Shown here one piece after another: positions 10,089 to 18,268 of a stretch of 28,220 bases of DNA. The translations under genes were made by a program, and so were the position numbers. The notes beneath the pieces were generated by a model, which ran no database searches, had not been told where the DNA came from, and worked only from the letters and a program-made list of their open reading frames with translations. Source of the DNA: a virus. Lineage: Duplodnaviria; Caudoviricetes. The stretch lies in IMG/VR virus record IMGVR_UViG_3300011339_000490, positions 1-28,220 of that record. One strand, given 5' to 3'. Numbering within the stretch: the first letter of the stretch is position 1; each line of letters begins with the position of its first letter.

Positions 10089-11834
10089 TTAAATTACTCG
10101 TTGTTGTCTAACTTGTGCTGAACCTGTTGCTTCACCGCTTGAACTCAAACGGCTAAGCAGCATTTGTAAATCTGGTCGTGCTTCTGGAGAAGCGCCTCCT
10201 ACTGGAGCGCCAGGAGCAGAGGGGACGGGTTGCTCAACTGCAGCCCCAGCAGGAGGATTCTCTGGTGTAAACACTTCCTCAATAACATCTTCAATTGACC
10301 GACCAGCCTTACGTCCCTTGATTGCCATAGCAATCTTCTGAATGACTGGTAGTGGGTCTTGTCCCTGAGATGCCATCTGTGGAATTGTTTGTGTATATGC
10401 TTGCAGTGAACCAATAAGAGCCTTACGAAGTTTTTCAACTTCAATCTTCTCTTGTTCTTGTGTGACGTTAATGCCGAAAGGCATTTCTCGTTGAGCCAAG
10501 TCAACTGAGATTAAATCGCCACCCAATGCCTGAAGCATAAAAATAAGTCCTTGTGCTGGGTTAAGACCAGCAAGCATTCCGTATCGAACATCTGCAGAGT
10601 AGTCACCCTTAATGTTCTTTGATGGTAGGTATTCAATTGCATATGGTGAGCCCGCATCTACACCACGAACTGTCTTCTTAATATCAAATACAACTTCGTC
10701 AACCTCAAAGCATGTTGAAATAACATCTTTAAGTGTTGAGGCAAAGATAGCCTGAGCAGATTTAATCTGCGTATCAAAGCCACCCATAAGGGCTTGAACG
10801 CCCTGTCCCGTAATAATTGAAGCATCTACGTTACCAGTACGTGATTCTGGATAGCGTGTGCCTGTTCGTAGTTCTCCTTGTAGAACTTGCTGCTGGCTGA
10901 ATGCACCAGCAGGAATAGGAAGTTCGACACGGCGAACTCCAGCAGGATTGTTTGTGCGGATGACACCATCGCCACCAAACTCAAACTCCTGTACATCCGA
11001 AGGCAAGACGATAGGTGACTGAACTGACTTCTCTGCTGCTTCCATTGCAAGTAATGCAAAACGATTTCGAAGCAACTGAATACCAAGTACGTCATCAAAC
11101 TGTCCACGCATTTCGCCATCGACAGATGGGCGACGTGCAATATGAACCAGCATCTTCTTGACTGGGTTTTCCGCAACTGATACTGCGTAATTTCCACGCT
11201 CTGGAATATAAATTACAGATTGTTCTTTATCGTAGTATCGAATGACTGTTAGATAGCCATTCATATCTTGGTCGTAACCATCTTTACCAAGAATGCCATC
11301 TTCGTGCTCAGGGAACTGAGCAACGAGTTCAGCAATTGTCATGCGGTATTTCTTAGCAAAAGCAGTGCAGCGTCCATAGCGGTCATACTCTGGGTAAGCA
11401 CCCACAGGGTTCTCTATGCGGATACGCGGCAGTTTTGCTTCTTCGTCGAATTCTACAATGAATGGGACGAAACCAAATGTGATGTACCAGTCTGCACCAG
11501 TATACATCTGTACTTGCAAGTCTGAATTAATAAAGTAGTTAGCAGCAATACGTGTGCGGGTATCCGCAAACTTACGTGACTTGTCTTCTACTTGGTTAAT
11601 GGCAGAGCAGTTAATAGCGGGAAGCGGAGCCATTACTTCTGATAGGTCGCGTGCAACAATGTCAATAAAGTTTGCGACTACGTTTGCATCTACACCTTCT
11701 GGAAAGAAGTCAGGATATACACTGGAAATCTGTCCACGGCGTACCGCTAGAACATCTTCTTGTCGTCCATCTCGCTCACGGGCGCGGTGCTTAAGCGACT
11801 CAACACGCGCCGCAATCTGCTTAACTGATAACAT
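10089..11834 (-). CDS. Portal (head-tail connector) protein
   Basis: 581 aa, downstream of the terminase; N-terminal NVVANFIDIVARDL segment and Pro/Ala/Gln-rich C-terminal tail as in podoviral portals. Confidence 0.85.
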   Translation of the reverse strand: MLSVKQIAARVESLKHRARERDGRQEDVLAVRRGQISSVYPDFFPEGVDANVVANFIDIVARDLSEVMAPLPAINCSAINQVEDKSRKFADTRTRIAANYFINSDLQVQMYTGADWYITFGFVPFIVEFDEEAKLPRIRIENPVGAYPEYDRYGRCTAFAKKYRMTIAELVAQFPEHEDGILGKDGYDQDMNGYLTVIRYYDKEQSVIYIPERGNYAVSVAENPVKKMLVHIARRPSVDGEMRGQFDDVLGIQLLRNRFALLAMEAAEKSVQSPIVLPSDVQEFEFGGDGVIRTNNPAGVRRVELPIPAGAFSQQQVLQGELRTGTRYPESRTGNVDASIITGQGVQALMGGFDTQIKSAQAIFASTLKDVISTCFEVDEVVFDIKKTVRGVDAGSPYAIEYLPSKNIKGDYSADVRYGMLAGLNPAQGLIFMLQALGGDLISVDLAQREMPFGINVTQEQEKIEVEKLRKALIGSLQAYTQTIPQMASQGQDPLPVIQKIAMAIKGRKAGRSIEDVIEEVFTPENPPAGAAVEQPVPSAPGAPVGGASPEARPDLQMLLSRLSSSGEATGSAQVRQQRVI

Positions 11835-11861
11835 TATTGTCCTAACGATTGATTAAAAAAA

Positions 11862-12470
11862 TTACTTAGACTTACGCAACTTAGATGCTGCATACTTATT
11901 AGCAGCGGTTTTGCCAATTGTTGCGTTTACTACAGCCTTGCCAGCCTTTTCACGCATAGTTAATTTTGACTTAGAACTTCTTGTTGGCTTATTAGCAGCC
12001 TTAAGTCCGCGAGCATTAGCCTTTGCCTTAGCGCGGTTTGCTGGAGTATTTGCTGCTTCTACTTTTTTCTTTAATGGACCAAACACACCTTTAGGCTTTG
12101 TTGGGTCTGTATTAATTTTAATTGGAAGTTTCTTTTCTGCTGCACGTTTAACTGGTTTATTTCTATTAATAGTTTTTAGGCTTGGTCCACGAAATGTGCT
12201 GTCAATATAATTCATGGAAGGACTATTTATTGTTCTACTTCTATCTTCTTGAATAAGTTTTTTAGCAGCAGCCTTTTGGGATTCTGCTGTAATTTTATTA
12301 CCACGTGTTTCAAGTCCTGGACCAGAAGCGGTAGTTTTTGGTTTTACTCTTACATTTGCGCTTTTTCTTGCTACTGCTTTCTTAACAGACTTCTTTGCTG
12401 CATCTTTAGCAAGTTTACGCGCTGCAAGGCGGGCAGCAATAGCCGCTGCTGCTATGATTGGTGCTGGCAT
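11862..12470 (-). CDS. Highly basic Lys/Ala/Arg-rich protein, possible nucleic-acid binder
   Basis: 202 aa of low complexity with few acidic residues; fills the terminase-portal gap; AGGA RBS. Confidence 0.7.
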   Translation of the reverse strand: MPAPIIAAAAIAARLAARKLAKDAAKKSVKKAVARKSANVRVKPKTTASGPGLETRGNKITAESQKAAAKKLIQEDRSRTINSPSMNYIDSTFRGPSLKTINRNKPVKRAAEKKLPIKINTDPTKPKGVFGPLKKKVEAANTPANRAKAKANARGLKAANKPTRSSKSKLTMREKAGKAVVNATIGKTAANKYAASKLRKSK

Positions 12471-12479
12471 AATAATTTC

Positions 12480-14366
12480 CTATCCATAGTTTTCTTGCCA
12501 TTGCTCTTGGAATGCATCATCAAGATTAACGGACTGTCGTTTTTTAAGTTGTGCTCTAGTAGCCCAACGGTTTTCTTTGTATCGGTTCGTAAACGAAGCC
12601 GCTTGCATTAATTCCTTTGCACGAAGAACGGCAAACCATAGCGCCATAACACAGTCGGTCTTACCGCGTGTGTTTGGTTTCCATGTCATCAACTGCTGTA
12701 GCAAGGCTTTCATGCCTTCGGAACCTTCAGTGGATGGGAACTCTATTGAGTTGTTGTTCTGGAACTTTCCTTCACGCAGCGTTCCAAAGAACGCGGACAT
12801 AGAAGCAACGCCCAAGTTCGTGTCCCACTTGTTCTTGCCAGTAAAGTGTGGCTTCAAAGTACAGCCATACTGGGCAAGCCATTGAATCAAATCATCATCT
12901 AAAGCGTAGCCCTTTTGGTGTGCGTTAATTTCAACACGGAATTCATTAGGTCGGTACTTCTCAACCAAGTCTTCAATCGTGTCACGAATCTTTGCAGGTG
13001 TAGGCTCAGACATGTTTATACAGTCAAGAACATATATACGGCTATCTGCTGCGTTATAGTTAATAACTACGAATGCTGAGTTACCAGTCATAGCAGGGTC
13101 AAAGCCGATAATGGTGTAACCACGTACTTGACTTGGATGCCCAGGCTTATCAGGGTCTAGCACCCCACGCTTACGCATGCCGTTAATGCAGCCCTGCACC
13201 AAAGGTGCTGAGAAAATTGCATCTTCTGTTATATCTTCTTGCTGGTAGACTAACGCCCAGGTAGAGGCAGTAACCTCACCACGGCGTTTAGATAAAGCCC
13301 GCCCGTCCCACTTAGGATATAAACCATCTTCATCTGGAGTATCTTCATCTCCATCCCACGGGATGTCAGACTTAGCCCAGAGCGTCTCCCAATCATCAGG
13401 AGTCTCGCCATAGTTCAATACTGCTGGCATACCCATATAGGTGAATGGGCACTTCCCGTTAGACCAGTACTTCGGGTCTCGCAACTCTTTATAGAAGTCA
13501 GTTGCAGCAATACGGGTTCCTACAATAAGCAACTTGCCGTTCTTGCCCAGACGGGTAATAACTTCCTTTTGGAGCCAGTTGATTTGCTTCTCGTATTCAT
13601 GGGCGTTGGCTGTAGTGATACAGTCGTCCAAGATAATCAAGTCGGCACGTGCGCCGTAAATCTGACCACCCATACCCAAGGCTTGGATGGTTGGGTCCTT
13701 CTCGGACGAATCACGCGCATCGCCCCCAAGATAGACGGTGTCAACCTTCCAGGTGTCTGCATCTGCTTTCCAACCGCCTTCTGGTCCAAATGCATTTTGC
13801 ATCTTGGCGTAGCGGGGATGGGACAACCTGTTCTTTATGGAATACACGAACTCGCGTGCTTTATTCAACGTCTTAGAGACCACGATGATGCGGACGTTAG
13901 GGTTGAGGGCGATACGGTAGGTCGAATAGTTCACCGTGATGACGGTGGACTTGGCATGCTCAGGGGGTACATTGATGAGCATACGGGTTGCGTCCCCAGG
14001 TTCATAGACCATGGAAGGGTGGAGCCAGGAAGGGTCGCGCCCTTCTAGTAGGTCAATCCAGTCCTGATGGTGGGGGAATACCTTTGACCCCAAAAACATC
14101 TCAGAGAACTGGCTGAACTGGATTTCCTCCTTGGGAATCCCCAGCGCCTTAATCGAGTTGCTCTTGGCATCCTCCTTAGCCTGCTCTAAGCGGCGGGCGA
14201 AGTCGGCATCCCTCATAATCCAAATGCGGGCAGTATCGGGCTTCTTCCCCGCCTTGGTCATAGCGTTAGGTAGCGACATACCCTCGGCGACGAGGTCAAG
14301 CACCCTCTGCTTATCGGCATTTGCCCTTGCTCGGTTGGGGTTCTCAGACCCTTTTTCGAATGTCAT
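12480..14366 (-). CDS. terL: Terminase large subunit with N-terminal HTH-like extension
   Basis: Walker A variant INVPPEHAKST, GARADLIILDD (Walker B), coupling motif IVGTR, RNase H-like nuclease IIGFDPA and terminal TDCVMALW. Confidence 0.95.
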   Translation of the reverse strand: MTFEKGSENPNRARANADKQRVLDLVAEGMSLPNAMTKAGKKPDTARIWIMRDADFARRLEQAKEDAKSNSIKALGIPKEEIQFSQFSEMFLGSKVFPHHQDWIDLLEGRDPSWLHPSMVYEPGDATRMLINVPPEHAKSTVITVNYSTYRIALNPNVRIIVVSKTLNKAREFVYSIKNRLSHPRYAKMQNAFGPEGGWKADADTWKVDTVYLGGDARDSSEKDPTIQALGMGGQIYGARADLIILDDCITTANAHEYEKQINWLQKEVITRLGKNGKLLIVGTRIAATDFYKELRDPKYWSNGKCPFTYMGMPAVLNYGETPDDWETLWAKSDIPWDGDEDTPDEDGLYPKWDGRALSKRRGEVTASTWALVYQQEDITEDAIFSAPLVQGCINGMRKRGVLDPDKPGHPSQVRGYTIIGFDPAMTGNSAFVVINYNAADSRIYVLDCINMSEPTPAKIRDTIEDLVEKYRPNEFRVEINAHQKGYALDDDLIQWLAQYGCTLKPHFTGKNKWDTNLGVASMSAFFGTLREGKFQNNNSIEFPSTEGSEGMKALLQQLMTWKPNTRGKTDCVMALWFAVLRAKELMQAASFTNRYKENRWATRAQLKKRQSVNLDDAFQEQWQENYG

Positions 14367-14415
14367 ACGTCCCCTTAAAATAGGCAGTATTCACCTGCCT
14401 TGTAGCAGTATATTA

Positions 14416-14768
14416 CAGACTATTGTACAGGATGAGTAAGGCTTCTAAAAAGACTTACGAATCTATTACAGTCTCTATATATACTTAATCCGTTCAAATA
14501 CCCTAAACGAACATTTTCTACAGAACTATTTCTATAACCGCAGGTCAGACAGTACTGGGGGTACTACTGTACAGAAATATTTTTAGTAGAGATACAATAC
14601 ATGTTACGCAGTCACATTAATAAGTCTGGGGTCAAACAGACTGTAGGATACTACTAGACAGACTACTGTACCGTGGGATAGTCTGTTAGACAGAGACTAG
14701 TCTGCCTAGGCACAGAACAAACCTGTGCCCCAGTACTAATTTAAACTACATATATGGCTGACAGTCTG
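14416..14768. repeat. Cluster of CAGACT/AGTCTG hexamers and inverted repeats in the divergence region
   Basis: CAGACT at 14416, 14637, 14659; AGTCTG at 14623, 14680, 14699, 14763; inverted repeat AGTACTGGGG 14551-14560 / CCCCAGTACT 14728-14737. Confidence 0.7.
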
Positions 14769-14859
14769 CCTCACCTGTAGCAGTGCCATTCCCTTCTTGT
14801 CAAGCCGATGAAAAGACTCGGCATGACAATTCATTCCTGGCATACTGGTCTGGAATTGT

Positions 14860-14878
14860 TAGTTAGAAATTCTAACTA
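14860..14878. promoter_or_regulatory. Perfect 9-1-9 palindrome, operator-like
   Basis: TAGTTAGAA-A-TTCTAACTA immediately before the GAAAGG RBS of the first early gene. Confidence 0.5.
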
Positions 14879-14891
14879 CGGAAAGGTAACT

Positions 14892-15044
14892 ATGAGTACT
14901 AAGTGGATTATGGAGTTATGTAGTTGTAAGTTCTGCGACTGCCAGTACATGGGTATGGATACTGAGTGTGATACCTGCCTATCCCAAAGGCACTACGAAT
15001 TAGATGGTCACCCACACTGGTTAAGAAAGGAAGTGCTAGCATGA
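14892..15044 (+). CDS. Cys-rich microprotein (50 aa)
   Basis: Start moved to ATG 14892 after GAAAGG; CxCxxCxC...CxxC; ATGA overlap with the next gene. Confidence 0.7.
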   Translation: MSTKWIMELCSCKFCDCQYMGMDTECDTCLSQRHYELDGHPHWLRKEVLA

Positions 15045-15217
15045 AAGTAATACACGACATCCAATGCTCATGGTGTGGTGGTCGAGAGGTTATCGACTGC
15101 CTCACCTGCGACCATGTCGCATGCCAGAACTGCGAAGCAGGTGGCTATTGCGACTGCAAACCACCGCAAGACTTCAATGCCCGTAATCTAGCGCAAATGT
15201 TAGGAGTTAGACCATGA
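15041..15217 (+). CDS. Cys-rich microprotein (58 aa, 8 Cys)
   Basis: Hand-translated MKVIHDIQCSWCGGREVIDCLTCDHVACQNCEAGGYCDCKPPQDFNARNLAQMLGVRP; RBS AGAAAGGA; ATGA overlaps at both ends. Confidence 0.75.
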   Translation: MKVIHDIQCSWCGGREVIDCLTCDHVACQNCEAGGYCDCKPPQDFNARNLAQMLGVRP

Positions 15218-15753
15218 CTGAATCACTAGGCATCACAGTCCAAAATACATGCTACGAATGTATGGTGATTGAGCGAGACCAGCAGGAAGGATTCCTGCCT
15301 ATGCAGTGTCAGACCTGCATAGATGACGCAGAGGCTAGAGCAGATGACAATGCTTGGAACCTGCATGAAGATGACCGTCTAGGGGAAGGCAAGTGCCTCA
15401 GCCTAGATACTACAGACGCTCCCTCGGCAAGCGAGTGGGTCGCGTCTGAAACCTACCTACAACCAGCAAGGAGTAAAGCCGTGTTCACTGAGAAATGGAA
15501 AGAAGAGTCAATGCATCTAATCGAACTAGCCGTCAGGTTCATAGACCCAGACGAACCAGTTCTCACACGGCATGAGTATCTACCACCAATCGCTCAACTC
15601 CAAGATGGTGGTGTCTATGAGGAGTATTGGGAGTTGGATGACATGCGCCAACGAGCCAGGGAAGTTCAGTGTCACTGGTGCAACCTGCTCACACCCAAGG
15701 CATTCAATGACTGCCAAGCATGTGACAAACCGCTAGAATTGAACGTCAGATAG
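15214..15753 (+). CDS. Acidic protein with N- and C-terminal CxxC pairs (Zn ribbons)
   Basis: CYEC..CQTC and CHWC..CQAC; RBS AGGAG. Confidence 0.8.
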   Translation: MTESLGITVQNTCYECMVIERDQQEGFLPMQCQTCIDDAEARADDNAWNLHEDDRLGEGKCLSLDTTDAPSASEWVASETYLQPARSKAVFTEKWKEESMHLIELAVRFIDPDEPVLTRHEYLPPIAQLQDGGVYEEYWELDDMRQRAREVQCHWCNLLTPKAFNDCQACDKPLELNVR

Positions 15754-15840
15754 GCGTTCAAGCAGGCAAGCCCGTCGCCTTTGGCGGGCTTGCCAGCCAG
15801 TAAGAAACTAATCAGAAACTAACTAAGGAGAGTAAGACAG

Positions 15841-16188
15841 ATGAAGAACGAAGTAACTATCACAGGCACAATCAAGAACATCAAGACATATAAGAACGAG
15901 CGTGGAACCTTGCTTACTGCATGGTTAGACCAGCGCGATTACAGCCGTATGTCAGATGGCACAGCAGACCGAGCAGTTTATGTGGTCGGTATGAACATCA
16001 TTGCACTAGATGAAACCACAGTTGGTGAGATTCTAGGACTGGCGAAAGCAGGAACGGAAGTTACATTGCCAGTTACACTCGCAGGTCGCTTGGTCACCAA
16101 GTTTGACCGCCGTCAGAACATTGACGAAAAGTCACGCAGAGCACCATTCCCACAGGTTGAAGTGCATGCAGTAGAAGTTAACGCTTAA
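15841..16188 (+). CDS. Probable single-stranded DNA-binding protein (OB-fold-like)
   Basis: NEVTITGTI...VTLAGRL...VEVHAVE pattern matches SSB-like OB folds; no acidic tail. Confidence 0.6.
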   Translation: MKNEVTITGTIKNIKTYKNERGTLLTAWLDQRDYSRMSDGTADRAVYVVGMNIIALDETTVGEILGLAKAGTEVTLPVTLAGRLVTKFDRRQNIDEKSRRAPFPQVEVHAVEVNA

Positions 16189-16195
16189 TACATAG

Positions 16196-16235
16196 GTAGG
16201 TGGGTGACTCAAGTAGTCACCCATCTACTTTTTTT
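16196..16235 (+). terminator. Intrinsic terminator
   Basis: GTAGGTGGGTGACT-CAAGT-AGTCACCCATCTAC (14-bp stem, one G-U) followed by T7. Confidence 0.9.
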
Positions 16236-16304
16236 CGCGGGGTTCTCGTAACCACAACGGACACCTGCAAGTCCACAGTTTATATTTGACAAGGAGAAAC
16301 TATT

Positions 16305-16484
16305 ATGAATCTATCTACACTAGATATGATTGCTATTATCATATCATCTACAGTTATGCTAACAACTATTGGCGTACTAGTATTTGCTAATCATGTGCTG
16401 ATTAAACAGGAGCGCAGAACCAGAGAACGCTTCAAAGAATATAGAGACAACTGCATGTATGCACATGTAGAAAGACCCTTCTAA
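16305..16484 (+). CDS. Small single-pass membrane protein (59 aa)
   Basis: Hand-translated MNLSTLDMIAIIISSTVMLTTIGVLVFANHVLIKQERRTRERFKEY...; RBS AAGGAG; TAATG overlap with the next gene. Confidence 0.75.
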   Translation: MNLSTLDMIAIIISSTVMLTTIGVLVFANHVLIKQERRTRERFKEYRDNCMYAHVERPF

Positions 16485-16702
16485 TGTTGAACCTCAAGAC
16501 ATCTATAAGTGGATACACGGTATCCACAGTAGCACTACCATTTGCAATGGGCTTAGACTTATATGAAACTATAGTCTTTGACAAGCAAGACGCAGAGGTA
16601 GATATGTTTACACGTAGATACAGAACTTATGATGAGGCAGAAACAGGTCATCATGAGACAGCAGACCAAGTAGAATACACAGTAAGAGAGAGGCTAGTAT
16701 GA
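16484..16702 (+). CDS. Hypothetical protein
   Basis: 72 aa with a YETIVF...RYRTYDEAETGH motif; coupled on both sides. Confidence 0.75.
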   Translation: MLNLKTSISGYTVSTVALPFAMGLDLYETIVFDKQDAEVDMFTRRYRTYDEAETGHHETADQVEYTVRERLV

Positions 16703-16872
16703 GTGATGTCATGAAAATACGCGTACAAGCAGCAAGTTACGCAAAGACATTCCTCGCTAACAAATACCATAACGAGTACCAAGAATTGTATAATGCATTC
16801 TTGTCTAATCGTGGTATCAGTACTCGAAAGAACAAAGTACTAGTAGATGAAAGGTTAATAAACAATGAGTGA
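16699..16872 (+). CDS. Hypothetical protein (57 aa)
   Basis: Hand-translated MSDVMKIRVQAASYAKTFLANKYHNEYQELYNAFLSNRGISTRKNKVLVDERLINNE; ATGA overlap. Confidence 0.7.
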   Translation: MSDVMKIRVQAASYAKTFLANKYHNEYQELYNAFLSNRGISTRKNKVLVDERLINNE

Positions 16873-16996
16873 ACCCAGAGTTGATGATGACATAGCACTA
16901 GGTAAAGATGAAGAGTGCGAAGATTGTGGTCACTTTATTTGGGAGTGCATATGTAATGTGCCTGATGAACCATATGATGTAATCTACGCAGACTAG
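16865..16996 (+). CDS. Acidic Cys-containing microprotein (43 aa)
   Basis: MSEPRVDDDIALGKDEECEDCGHFIWECICNVPDEPYDVIYAD; RBS GAAAGG; fills the gap to the next gene. Confidence 0.65.
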   Translation: MSEPRVDDDIALGKDEECEDCGHFIWECICNVPDEPYDVIYAD

Positions 16997-17003
16997 GAGG
17001 GCT

Positions 17004-17453
17004 ATGTTTACAGCCGTCAAGAAGTACCAAGTAATTATAAGTACAAGTCTAATTGCATTTGCTGGATTGGTTGGAACACCAGTCAAGTCTTATATCAAAC
17101 AAATGGAAGACAAGATGCACCAGACAGTTACTATTGAATGCTATGACAACCGACCAAAGAAGTGGACACCTGCAATGTCAAAGGTATATGCACGTGGCTA
17201 CATGTCTGTTCACTACCCACATTGGAATAAGACAGAGTGGTATGCACTTGGTCAGTTATGGGGTAAAGAATCTGCATGGAATCATATGGCAGATAACCCT
17301 TGGTCATCAGCATATGGGATAGCACAGGTTCTAAAGACTAAGCCTGGCACTCCAGCCCCTCTCCAGATTGAGAAGGGGCTGTCGTATATATCTCACCGAT
17401 ATGACAAGCCATCGGCTGCATGGAAGCACTGGCAACAGAGAGGTTGGTACTAA
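17004..17453 (+). CDS. Lytic transglycosylase-like (SLT/lysozyme fold) protein with hydrophobic N-terminus
   Basis: LWGKESAWN (catalytic Glu), NPWSSAYGIAQ, GLSYISHRY..PSAAWKHW....WY; RBS AGGAGG. Confidence 0.85.
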   Translation: MFTAVKKYQVIISTSLIAFAGLVGTPVKSYIKQMEDKMHQTVTIECYDNRPKKWTPAMSKVYARGYMSVHYPHWNKTEWYALGQLWGKESAWNHMADNPWSSAYGIAQVLKTKPGTPAPLQIEKGLSYISHRYDKPSAAWKHWQQRGWY

Positions 17454-17632
17454 TGGATAACAAACTAGAATTGCTACAGCAAATCAAGCGCATAGCAAAA
17501 GTTATACGCAATGATGAAGAGAGTGGTTACGCATACGTAATGGGCTACCTGTGGGCATGCCTAACAGAAGAAGAAAAGATAGAAGCATTTAATTCCTTTA
17601 ACAAGGAACTAGTAGATATGATTAAGAAATGA
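17453..17632 (+). CDS. Hypothetical protein (59 aa)
   Basis: Start moved to ATG 17453 (TAATG overlap). Confidence 0.65.
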   Translation: MDNKLELLQQIKRIAKVIRNDEESGYAYVMGYLWACLTEEEKIEAFNSFNKELVDMIKK

Positions 17633-17799
17633 AGACATACTATAGAGTTACCTGCGACATTACAGTTGAAGCAGGTGATGATGACAATGCATTATGGATG
17701 GTCCAAGATGCATGCAAGTTATATCCTGGAGTAGAGTTTACTCGCTGGATATTTATAGAAGCAGATGAAAGAGAGAGCCATGACAACGAAGATAACTAG
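17629..17799 (+). CDS. Hypothetical protein (56 aa)
   Basis: Hand-translated MKTYYRVTCDITVEAGDDDNALWMVQDACKLYPGVEFTRWIFIEADERESHDNEDN; ATGA overlap. Confidence 0.6.
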   Translation: MKTYYRVTCDITVEAGDDDNALWMVQDACKLYPGVEFTRWIFIEADERESHDNEDN

Positions 17800-18268
17800 C
17801 CGACTCGAAGAGTTGGGTTCACTAGCAAACAATGAAGACAATGCAATTCAGCGTGATGGTGCAGACCTAATCGCTGAGTTCTTTAATGCACCACATGTTG
17901 TAAGTATGGAGACGGCTGCACTTGTACTCCATTACCTAACAGACATTCAGGTGCGTGACTTTGCACTAGGTCTACTTGACCCAGCCAAAGCAGAGCAGCA
18001 AGTATCCATGCTTGAGTATCTAGTAGAGCAAGCACCAACAGACAGTGAGTTTATAAATGCACCTGCATGTTTACTTGCTCAGTTCTTATACGAACAAGGT
18101 GACACAGCAAATGCAGTGCTAATGCTAATCAATGCACAAACAGATTATTCACTAGCATTATTGCTAATGCGTGTATTCCGTAGCGGATGGGAACCAAAGT
18201 CATTCGCTAAGATGCGCGAAGAACTACACCCTAAAGTAGTAGCAGGTATCTATGGAGAGAGTAACTAA
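17780..18268 (+). CDS. DUF4192-like protein
   Basis: QVRDFALG...APACLLA...YEQG...YSLALLL.R...GWEP resembles the C-terminus of actinobacterial DUF4192; start at ATG 17780 preferred. Confidence 0.65.
   Translation: MTTKITSRLEELGSLANNEDNAIQRDGADLIAEFFNAPHVVSMETAALVLHYLTDIQVRDFALGLLDPAKAEQQVSMLEYLVEQAPTDSEFINAPACLLAQFLYEQGDTANAVLMLINAQTDYSLALLLMRVFRSGWEPKSFAKMREELHPKVVAGIYGESN

Noticed and set aside
397-14439. Plus-strand ORFs of the track within the structural arm (e.g. 397-861, 1005-1430, 7684-8247, 13569-14048)
   Set aside because: Antisense shadows of well-supported minus-strand genes; no motifs recognised.
14400-14800. CRISPR mini-array
   Set aside because: Repeats are 6-10 nt, irregularly spaced and in both orientations.
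14803-14870. Hammerhead ribozyme suggested by CCGATGA...GAAA
   Set aside because: The core is not CUGANGA and no compatible stems I-III were found.
16236-16276. HDV-like ribozyme suggested by GGT-TCTCGTA-ACC
   Set aside because: No P1 partner upstream; that position is occupied by the terminator U-tract.
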